IMG/VR virus record: IMGVR_UViG_3300005758_000141
Location: 1-24,559 of that record
Direction: 5' to 3' (one strand)
Source of the DNA: a virus
Taxonomy: Duplodnaviria; Caudoviricetes
Length of the DNA: 24,559 nt
The translations under genes were made by a program, and so were the position numbers. Positions 18,165-24,525 of this stretch are shown piece by piece. How positions within the stretch are numbered: the stretch's first letter is position 1; every line of letters begins with the position of its first letter. A model generated the notes under the pieces. The model did no database searches and was not told where the DNA came from. It saw only the letters and a list, made by a program, of their open reading frames with translations.

Positions 18165-18626
18165 TTATTTTTGACTTTTTAACTTCCAATAATTTCTTGG
18201 CAATCTATTTTCTGCTTGTTGTTTTATTGATGCCCAACGAACATTTCCAGGCTCATAATGACCTAAAGGGTTAATACGATCTAAAGTGTAGCCTTCTGGT
18301 CTAGCTCCAAGAATAGAAAAAAATTCTTCAAACTATTGAAATCTAAACTCAACATTTTCGTAGCAAGGATGATGTTTTTGTCCAAGCTTGCACCTTTGCT
18401 TTGCTTTTTGATAACTTAACTTTGCATACATCCTTACATTATCGTTTTTATCTCCAGTGCCTTTTCTAGGGTGATCTTTGTTTTGAAATCTTTCTTTGTT
18501 GCGGCACGGCTTACATAATAATTCTCTGTTTTCTCTTTCAGCTTTTCTTACAACATCACCACGAGCTAATCTTGATTGATTGCACCGTGGGCAGATAATT
18601 TGTATCTTTAAGTTGAAGTTTGGCAT
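18165..18626 (-). pseudogene. HNH-type homing endonuclease interrupted by an in-frame TAG (18333-18335)
   Basis: ATG 18626 after GGAG. Two CxxC motifs, then AKQRC....HP.Y..VEFRFQ*FEEFFSILGARPEGYTLDRINPLGHYEPGNVRWASIKQQAENR...TAA in the same frame. The post-stop part carries the catalytic TLDRI..G.Y.PGN.RWA motif. Confidence 0.8.
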
Positions 18627-18924
18627 GCGATTCTCCAGAATTAAAAAGAATCGTAACACCAATTGGTATTATTGTCCACTTAACTTTGTTAGACCAGTAC
18701 GCTGCGCTCATCTTGCCTTTAGCGATATTTTTAGCGTGACGTGCTTTAAAAGCCTCATTGCGCTTACTTCCGTCTGGGCTACCAGATACGCCTTGCTGAC
18801 CGAAACGAATCAGCTTCACATCGTCACCATCCTTGGCAAGTACAGCATGGCTTTTCGTTGGATGATTCGGTGTTTTCTTCGGCTTGTTGTAGCCAGAGAA
18901 TTCCTCTTTCCCGCGTTTAATCAT
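18556..18924 (-). CDS. Small basic conserved phage protein, with a probably non-native C-terminal extension
   Basis: MIKRGKEEFSGYNKPK.TP.HP.KSH.VLAK.G..VKLIRFGQQG...R..FKARH.......SAAYW.NKVKW. Start is likely ATG 18924. The frame continues 39 codons into the HNH cassette. Confidence 0.75.
   Translation of the reverse strand: MIKRGKEEFSGYNKPKKTPNHPTKSHAVLAKDGDDVKLIRFGQQGVSGSPDGSKRNEAFKARHAKNIAKGKMSAAYWSNKVKWTIIPIGVTILFNSGESHAKLQLKDTNYLPTVQSIKISSW
18628..18678 (-). promoter_or_regulatory. Sigma70-type promoter overlapping an SD-sequestering hairpin
   Basis: TGGACA (18678-18673), 17 nt, TACGAT (18655-18650) with an extended -10 TG. Stem CGATTCTTT/GGAGAATCG contains the GGAG SD. Confidence 0.6.
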
Positions 18925-18928
18925 GGCA

Positions 18929-19012
18929 TCAGTCAATAATCATTATCCAAAGAAAAAAAGCGTTGACCAAGATGCTTAAAGTCAACGCAACCACCAGGAG
19001 CCTATCAATCAT
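18929..19012 (-). CDS. Possible 27-aa single-transmembrane peptide
   Basis: MIDRLLVVALTLSILVNAFFLWIMIID. ATGA-coupled to the upstream gene, but spans a terminator hairpin. Confidence 0.35.
   Translation of the reverse strand: MIDRLLVVALTLSILVNAFFLWIMIID
18953..18988 (-). terminator. Intrinsic terminator-like hairpin
   Basis: GCGTTGAC-13 nt-GTCAACGC followed by TTTTTTT on the minus strand. Confidence 0.7.
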
Positions 19013-19176
19013 TTCATCTTTTCCTTTTTGCTTTTACCAAGCGGAATTTCAATCTCGATTTTCATCTTATTGTTAACTCCGTTTTCCTTCTTCTTTTCTT
19101 CCTCATCAAGATACTCTTTAAGCAACTCTTTATCAGTCATGCTCATGTTCTTGACTTTGTTCATCATATCTTTCAT
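19009..19176 (-). CDS. Small highly charged hypothetical protein (55 aa)
   Basis: MKDMMNKVKNMSMTDKELLKEYLDEEEKKKENGVNNKMKIEIEIPLGKSKKEKMK. ATGA overlap and SD GAGG; below the ORF-track cutoff. Confidence 0.7.
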   Translation of the reverse strand: MKDMMNKVKNMSMTDKELLKEYLDEEEKKKENGVNNKMKIEIEIPLGKSKKEKMK

Positions 19177-19331
19177 TTCTTCCTCGCTGCTCTCATGTTG
19201 TCTACCATATTTGGGTAAGGCCTATCAGCTGCCTTTGCCATTCGTTTTGCTGCAGATTTCTGTGCAGGTGATAGCTTTTTCGGCTTGCCTTCATCTTTAG
19301 GGCGAGGCTTATCCCATATAGCTTTTTTCAT
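19173..19331 (-). CDS. Small basic hypothetical protein (52 aa)
   Basis: MKKAIWDKPRPKDEGKPKKLSPAQKSAAKRMAKAADRPYPNMVDNMRAARKK; ATGA overlaps on both ends. Confidence 0.75.
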   Translation of the reverse strand: MKKAIWDKPRPKDEGKPKKLSPAQKSAAKRMAKAADRPYPNMVDNMRAARKK

Positions 19332-19492
19332 TTTTTCTTCTTCTTTGCCATACCAGCTTCGCTAAGTGCAATAGCTACGGCCTGTTTCTGTGATTTAACT
19401 ACCGGGCCACCTTTGCCGCTATGAAGCTGGCCTTTGCCAAATTCTGTCATAACCTTGCTAATCTTCTTCTCAGCCTTAGACTTTTTCACCAT
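19328..19492 (-). CDS. Small basic protein, DUF6496-like (54 aa)
   Basis: MVKKSKAEKKISKVMTEFGKGQLHSGKGGPVVKSQKQAVAIALSEAGMAKKKKK. KVM.EF..G.LHSG and KQA.AIALSEA motifs; SD AAGGA. Confidence 0.8.
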   Translation of the reverse strand: MVKKSKAEKKISKVMTEFGKGQLHSGKGGPVVKSQKQAVAIALSEAGMAKKKKK

Positions 19493-20177
19493 ATATCCTT
19501 TCTGGAGTGTAATTAAGTTTTGCAGATTTTCTTACATTGCAAGTAGGACACAAAACTTGAACATTTTCAATACAATGTTTACCACCTTTTGACAAAGGAA
19601 TTATGTGGTCAACATGGAAACCATTTGATAAGTGTTTTTTACATAAATTACATAAATTTTTTTGCGCTTGCAAAAGATTTTTTACAGTTCCATTAGGCAA
19701 TCTTCCAGTTTTTAAGCCTAATCTTTTTTTTGACCATTCTCTAACTTTTAACGGATTGGCTTTCCTGTATTTTTTTATACTTTCTTTTGCTTTTCCTGAT
19801 TTAATCCATCTTTTTATTGATTCTTTTGGGCCTCCATTCCATCTAGGATGATCTTCGCCAGATGGATGCTTAATTTCTCCAGATTTTATTTTTAATCTAT
19901 ATGTATTTATTGATTTTTCTTTTGATTCTTTGCTCAACAATTTTGGTAATGCAAAATTATTTCTACAAACAGACGAGCAAAATTTACCGTTTCCAGTGTC
20001 TATTTGATATTTTCTTGGGGTGAACTCTTTGTTGCAATACAAGCAATTTCTTTTTCTTTGTTCTAATTTTTTTAGCTTGTAATCTTCTCTGCATTGCACA
20101 GAGCAAAAATTTGTTCTCCACGCTTTGCTTGGTGGAGTCTGTATTTCTGATGAACAATTTTTACAATTTACTATCAT
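19476..20177 (-). CDS. HNH endonuclease with two N-terminal zinc-finger repeats
   Basis: Two CxxC...FCSxxC repeats, GEDHPRWNGG, CxxC..HVDHIIPLSKGG.H...N.QVLC..CN..K. Very AT-rich (13/60 GC at 19861-19920). Confidence 0.9.
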   Translation of the reverse strand: MIVNCKNCSSEIQTPPSKAWRTNFCSVQCREDYKLKKLEQRKRNCLYCNKEFTPRKYQIDTGNGKFCSSVCRNNFALPKLLSKESKEKSINTYRLKIKSGEIKHPSGEDHPRWNGGPKESIKRWIKSGKAKESIKKYRKANPLKVREWSKKRLGLKTGRLPNGTVKNLLQAQKNLCNLCKKHLSNGFHVDHIIPLSKGGKHCIENVQVLCPTCNVRKSAKLNYTPERIYGEKV

Positions 20178-20463
20178 TTAAAACAATTATTTCGTTTTCA
20201 ATTAGAAATCTTATTGTATTTATGTGAGCAGTATCCCAAATATAAAATTTTTCTTGTTTATTTAATTTATGCCCTTGATCTATCATCATATGGCAAGTGT
20301 AGCATAGTGCAGCAATAGCCGCATCTGAACTTTTTATACCGCGTCCTTTGCCATCTCGCAACTGGTTTGAGTGAGCCGCTACGACAGTCCCATCTTCTCT
20401 GCCGCAGTGCTGGCAAGGGAGATTCCTTATTGCTTCAAGTAACTTTTTGTTACGATATATCAT
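20161..20463 (-). CDS. YbcO/DUF1364-like zinc-binding putative nuclease
   Basis: LPCQHCG....VVAAH.N....GKG.GIK..D...A.LC..CH..ID. Confidence 0.7.
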   Translation of the reverse strand: MIYRNKKLLEAIRNLPCQHCGREDGTVVAAHSNQLRDGKGRGIKSSDAAIAALCYTCHMMIDQGHKLNKQEKFYIWDTAHINTIRFLIENEIIVLNDSKL

Positions 20464-20474
20464 TTTTTGTTTAT

Positions 20475-20651
20475 TTATCTATCTAAAGGCTTTTCCATTT
20501 GCCTATTTAATTCATAATATGGGTCATCTCCATTAGGAGACCAAGCAGCCATTGCTTCAAATTCAATAAAACAATGATTTAACTTTTCGCATTTTTCTTT
20601 GTGCTTACAAACTTTGCTGCAATCATCTTCCAAATATTCATTATCTGTCAT
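20475..20651 (-). CDS. Small 4-Cys hypothetical protein (58 aa)
   Basis: MTDNEYLEDDCSKVCKHKEKCEKLNHCFIEFEAMAAWSPNGDDPYYELNRQMEKPLDR. ATGA-coupled and fills the gap exactly. Confidence 0.6.
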   Translation of the reverse strand: MTDNEYLEDDCSKVCKHKEKCEKLNHCFIEFEAMAAWSPNGDDPYYELNRQMEKPLDR

Positions 20652-20980
20652 TGTGTATTCCTATCTAAACCACGATTAGATGCTTCTTGGGAGCGCCACA
20701 CATCAATGCGAGCCTGAGCAGCTACCAGCATCCACCTTAGTCGCTCTGCTTCCTCTACGGCATCCTTTAGGCCATCTAACACTTGCATATACTCTGGATG
20801 ACGATAAGCAAAGTTTTCTTTATCTGCTACAGTCGAACCTGGAGCCTTAGCAAACAACATGGCTTTCTTGCTCTTACGGAATTGCTCTAGGTATGTAACG
20901 TTAGCTTTAGCCTGTGCATAGGCTTCAGCGTTTTTAATCATGAAGTTGATAGCTTCATGAGGATCTAATTGTTTAGTCAT
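20648..20980 (-). CDS. Conserved helical phage protein (possibly UvsY-like)
   Basis: 110 aa, all-helical: YA.AKA....LE..RKS.KA, E..AY.HPEY, IDVWRS.EAS.R. Function is uncertain. Confidence 0.65.
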   Translation of the reverse strand: MTKQLDPHEAINFMIKNAEAYAQAKANVTYLEQFRKSKKAMLFAKAPGSTVADKENFAYRHPEYMQVLDGLKDAVEEAERLRWMLVAAQARIDVWRSQEASNRGLDRNTQ

Positions 20981-20981
20981 A

Positions 20982-21629
20982 TTAAAAAAGAATATTTTGT
21001 TCTTGTTTTACTTCTTTAGAAAACAATGATTCTTGTCTTTGAGCATTTTCTATGCGTTCGCAAGCAATCTCAAAATATTTTGGCTCTCGCTCAATGCCAA
21101 TAAACTTGCGCCCCATTTGAATAGCCGCCACGCCTGTTGTTCCGCTACCCATAAATGGATCAAGAATTGCCAGAACATTTCCAGCTTTTTCCAAAGTCCA
21201 AAGCATTACTGGCAATGGCTTCATGGTTGGATGCAACTTTTCTTCACCAGACCAATGATGAGACAAATGCCTAACTTGTTTGCCAAAATTAGTCCATGCC
21301 ATTTCGCATTCGCTAAAACTGCGCCCATCATTCATTTTGTGCCAAATAAGCCAATCATTTGTTGGTGGCAACTGATCTGAAAAATAATTCCCCCCCCAAA
21401 AACAGCAAAATTCAGCCATAGATAGCCATATTTTTACATCTGGCACAGAATCATCCCAATCACCACCACGATCAAAATGTTTTTTTCCTGCACCTAATGT
21501 TTGCTTATTGGCTGAAATTCCATAAGGCGGATCAGTAATCACTGCATCAACTTTATCCAGCGTAGGCAATATGTCCATGCAATCGCCTAAATACAGCGTT
21601 GCGTCACCAATAATTACTTTTTCGCTCAT
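20982..21629 (-). CDS. DNA N4-cytosine/N6-adenine methyltransferase, beta class
   Basis: GDC, TDPPYG (motif IV), HPT.KP and LDPFMGSGTTG (motif I) in beta order; no cognate restriction gene adjacent. Confidence 0.92.
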   Translation of the reverse strand: MSEKVIIGDATLYLGDCMDILPTLDKVDAVITDPPYGISANKQTLGAGKKHFDRGGDWDDSVPDVKIWLSMAEFCCFWGGNYFSDQLPPTNDWLIWHKMNDGRSFSECEMAWTNFGKQVRHLSHHWSGEEKLHPTMKPLPVMLWTLEKAGNVLAILDPFMGSGTTGVAAIQMGRKFIGIEREPKYFEIACERIENAQRQESLFSKEVKQEQNILF

Positions 21630-21639
21630 GAAATTACCA

Positions 21640-22020
21640 TTCTTTAGGCAATAGTACGGGACGAGAGGTTGATATCACCTCTTTAACAATCTCAAGGTTT
21701 AGCCTCAAAATTGTCTCACTCTCGTGACCACATTCTTCTTCCAAGCCGACCGTATCGTGGCCCAACCGTCAATCAACCATTTTGGCTTGTTTCTGCAATA
21801 CCTGTGGCAAGCTTGCTGCGCCGTCCCGTTTAGCGCATCCGGTTTTCTTGTTGGCAGTCCCGGACATGGACTCACTTCTAACGCGAACAGTACGGTCTAT
21901 GCAGAAAACAAAAAAGCCCCTAAAGTCTTGGATTTCCTCGTGTGTCAGGCACGATTGCCATTTAAGGCAGAAAATCCAAAGCTTTAAGGGCTTGTTATCT
22001 ACGCCTGACACATAGACAAC
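21640..22020 (-). ncRNA. Candidate structured non-coding RNA: a 5' loop-loop/terminator module plus a 3' multi-hairpin domain
   Basis: The only large gap in a gene-dense window. Contains at least 8 stems with G-U pairs consistent with the minus strand, a GAGA tetraloop, two long-range complementarities and a -10-like TAAGAT at 22029-22024. Confidence 0.6.
21905..21993 (-). terminator. Long stem followed by a U-tract (terminator/attenuator-like)
   Basis: AAGCCCTTAAAG...CTTTAGGGGCTT then TTTTGTTTT; inner stem TTGGATTTTC/GGAAATCCAA. Confidence 0.55.
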
Positions 22021-22031
22021 TAAATCTTACA

Positions 22032-22451
22032 TCACATTGCTGCGTTTTGGTAGACGTATTTAATAGCTTTTGCTAATTGCTTTCGCGTCATTGATAGCTG
22101 CAAGTTATCAGTTTGCACCAGCGCATCGCCAATATCGCGGTAATCCTCGCCTGAAATACCCCATTTCTGCGTTTTGTTATACCTATCCTGAATCCGTAGC
22201 ATAGCGTCCAAGCCTTTTCGAATTCCGCTGTAATCGTCGCCTACCTCATTAGCTGCAATCACGCCAATGTTTAGACGGCAAACGATCGTGTGCCAGCTTT
22301 TTTCGTCTGCGTAACCTTCGCGGAACTTCATTAGTTCCATGTGTGGTGTTAGCTGCAACTCGCGCTCGGCTTCTTCGTTATGTCGGATTGTCAGCGGAAC
22401 AGCAGCTAGACGCGGCTTATGTGTTTTTCTCGGCCTTTTGTTGTTCGGCAA
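22032..22451 (-). CDS. Hypothetical phage protein
   Basis: Basic N-terminus (NKRPRK) and helical body. Start is likely TTG at 22451 after GGAG; the ORF track gives 22472. Confidence 0.7.
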   Translation of the reverse strand: MPNNKRPRKTHKPRLAAVPLTIRHNEEAERELQLTPHMELMKFREGYADEKSWHTIVCRLNIGVIAANEVGDDYSGIRKGLDAMLRIQDRYNKTQKWGISGEDYRDIGDALVQTDNLQLSMTRKQLAKAIKYVYQNAAM

Positions 22452-22797
22452 TTTCTTTCTCCACGATAACAATTTCTACTTTCCCGCCTTTAATTACCTC
22501 TCGGCGCACCAAATGCAGCTCATCTATCTGGCTATCGTCCAACCATATACCAGCATGTGTTAAAGAATCTTGGAGCGCCTTTAGCCGGTTATCCAAATCC
22601 TGGCGTATGCGATTGCTAGGCCAGATAGCTACGAACACGGACAACCTACCCTCCAGAGTCTTGCATCCTAAGTCAGACACTATATCCGCGACTTCTTTGC
22701 GGTATTGAATGCCAGCAGGACGGATAAACCGGCGTTTTCCATGAGTGCCGTAGTAGTGGTTGATAGTCGGCGGTAAAGGTAGAGTTAGCTTAATCAC
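22417..22797 (-). CDS. rusA: RusA-family Holliday junction resolvase
   Basis: LPLPPTIN.YY, DLDNRLKALQDSL and GIWLDDSQI catalytic motifs. Confidence 0.9.
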   Translation of the reverse strand: MIKLTLPLPPTINHYYGTHGKRRFIRPAGIQYRKEVADIVSDLGCKTLEGRLSVFVAIWPSNRIRQDLDNRLKALQDSLTHAGIWLDDSQIDELHLVRREVIKGGKVEIVIVEKEIAEQQKAEKNT

Positions 22798-23008
22798 GCC
22801 AATCGCCTTTCTCGCCCCTATTCCCGCGATCCCATTGCTCTTTGCAATCGTTTACCAGCCTATCAGCAGCTTCGTCGCCTCTTTTGCGCCTTACGTCTGA
22901 CAGGTATTTGATAGCCTGGCTGCGGTCAAATGCCCGCCATTGAAGAATGTATCGGACTTCGCACTGATAGCGGTATTCTTCATCTGACAAATTGCCCCCT
23001 ATTATCAA
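22790..23008 (-). CDS. Small hypothetical protein
   Basis: SDEEYR..CEVRY.L.WR, YL..V..KRG, QW.RGNRG..GDW. The true start may be TTG at 22990. Confidence 0.65.
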   Translation of the reverse strand: MIIGGNLSDEEYRYQCEVRYILQWRAFDRSQAIKYLSDVRRKRGDEAADRLVNDCKEQWDRGNRGEKGDWRD

Positions 23009-23984
23009 AATCCATTGGCTGCGCTCCCATCTCCTCTACAAATTGCTGACTAACAGCGTTAAACCACAACGCATACATTTCTTCAGCCTCGCCATTGCGC
23101 TGCTTTTCACACATTAGATAAGCATCTGGCATACCTGGGTCTACGCGCTCACCAGCTCGCAGCATGTTTGACTTCTTCTTGTTGCGCCACATGATAAGAA
23201 CGTTATCAACTTGGTCAGCAATAGAGCCGCTTCCCTTTAGGTCGTTCTTGTTCGGCGCTACTTCCTCAGACTGCAGTTTGCGAACGTGGTGAATTAGGTG
23301 GATGTGTACGTTATGATCCCTAGCCAACGCTGTCAACTCGTCTACAAAGTATTTTTGCTGGTTGTAGTCATCCTCAGCATTTACGCACTTCATCAGCGAG
23401 TCAATAAAGATGTGCTGTATGCCAAGTTCGACAGCACAGTAACGCGCCATTGCTATAACAATCTTAGGATTCGTTGACCCTTGCTGATCATACAACCAAA
23501 GTTTATCTCCAATAAACGCATCAAATCGACTCGTAAGGCGCTCAATGTACTTGGCCTTGTCTTGCGTCATTGGATCGTCTATAAACTCTCCAGAAAACTG
23601 CCTAAGCATCCTGTGAAGTGTACGCTCTGGCTTCATTTCAAAAGATGCGATACACACTTTTGCATCTTGCTTTACAAGATACAGTGCAATCTGACCAGTG
23701 ATTAAACTTTTCCCATGTCCATTAGCGCCAGCGTATACGGTAACTTCGCCTGGCTTAAAACTAAACTCGCCATGCGTCTTAGTCCAAGGCATTTGGCATT
23801 TAATAAACTCTTGTGGCGTAATGTAATCACGCCTAATTTGCTCTAACCACTCTGAAGCGTTTTTAACTTGTAAAGATATATCAGATGCAGAAAGATATTT
23901 ATCTACGTCAATTTCGTTTGATCTTAGTATCCTTGCTTTCCTGATTTCATCAAGCTCAATCGCTTTTTGTTCCAATGTTGACAT
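22980..23984 (-). CDS. SF4 replicative helicase (DnaB/T7 gp4/Twinkle-like), no primase domain
   Basis: Walker A GANGHGKS, SFEM, FIDSL (Walker B), HHVRK, KGSGSI.D.VDNV and KQRNG. Confidence 0.9.
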   Translation of the reverse strand: MSTLEQKAIELDEIRKARILRSNEIDVDKYLSASDISLQVKNASEWLEQIRRDYITPQEFIKCQMPWTKTHGEFSFKPGEVTVYAGANGHGKSLITGQIALYLVKQDAKVCIASFEMKPERTLHRMLRQFSGEFIDDPMTQDKAKYIERLTSRFDAFIGDKLWLYDQQGSTNPKIVIAMARYCAVELGIQHIFIDSLMKCVNAEDDYNQQKYFVDELTALARDHNVHIHLIHHVRKLQSEEVAPNKNDLKGSGSIADQVDNVLIMWRNKKKSNMLRAGERVDPGMPDAYLMCEKQRNGEAEEMYALWFNAVSQQFVEEMGAQPMDFDNRGQFVR

Positions 23985-24195
23985 TTTTTATCCTAATTTT
24001 TTCTTTTAATGACTTTAGAATTTTAGGCTTTGGACACCACGCTAAACAATCATCACTCCACTGCCCAATAACAAGAACTCCCCCAGGATTAAGCAGAAGC
24101 ATGTTCACGTTTCTAGGCGGATTATGCTCGTCAGGATCAAAAAAATATATTTTGTCAGTTGTGAGTTGCGTAGGATCTAACATCTTCATTCTCAT
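23956..24195 (-). CDS. Small hypothetical protein (DUF551-like)
   Basis: PP....LLL..GG...IG.W.....AWCP.PK pattern. Confidence 0.6.
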   Translation of the reverse strand: MRMKMLDPTQLTTDKIYFFDPDEHNPPRNVNMLLLNPGGVLVIGQWSDDCLAWCPKPKILKSLKEKIRIKNVNIGTKSD

Positions 24196-24319
24196 GTTCT
24201 AATTCTTTGATTCGAGCGCGTAATGCGTCAATCACCCGCTGTTCAGATTTATACCGCTGGTTCGGCAGCAACTGGCACAATAATGCCAACGCGTCGATAA
24301 GCAACTGCCTGTCGTTCAT
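24155..24319 (-). CDS. Small hypothetical protein (54 aa)
   Basis: MNDRQLLIDALALLCQLLPNQRYKSEQRVIDALRARIKELEHENEDVRSYATHN; ATGA overlap and SD AAGGAG. Confidence 0.6.
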   Translation of the reverse strand: MNDRQLLIDALALLCQLLPNQRYKSEQRVIDALRARIKELEHENEDVRSYATHN

Positions 24320-24525
24320 CGGTTGTTCTTCTCCTTTAACGCCATCTCAAACAATTTCCAAGTCTCAACCGCACTGGTTGACCAGCAAGCAGCGACTTCC
24401 TCGCCTGTCAGCCCTTGCCATTCTCGGGTTGGTTCAAATCTTCGGTGGCATTCAGCACACCCCCACATTGCTACTCTGCCATCCTCAAACCGAAAAGTTG
24501 TGATGTGTTCGTGCTGGCAGCTCAC
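24316..24525 (-). CDS. Small hypothetical protein with CxH...CxxC and a WQGLT..LKEKN tail
   Basis: 69 aa; GTG start overlapping the upstream TGA; SD AAGGAG. Confidence 0.65.
   Translation of the reverse strand: MSCQHEHITTFRFEDGRVAMWGCAECHRRFEPTREWQGLTGEEVAACWSTSAVETWKLFEMALKEKNNR

Noticed and set aside
21724-22015. Three overlapping short ORFs (77-87 aa) in the structured gap
   Set aside because: No SD, no coupling to neighbours and atypical composition; the region is better explained by RNA structure, though coding is not fully excluded.
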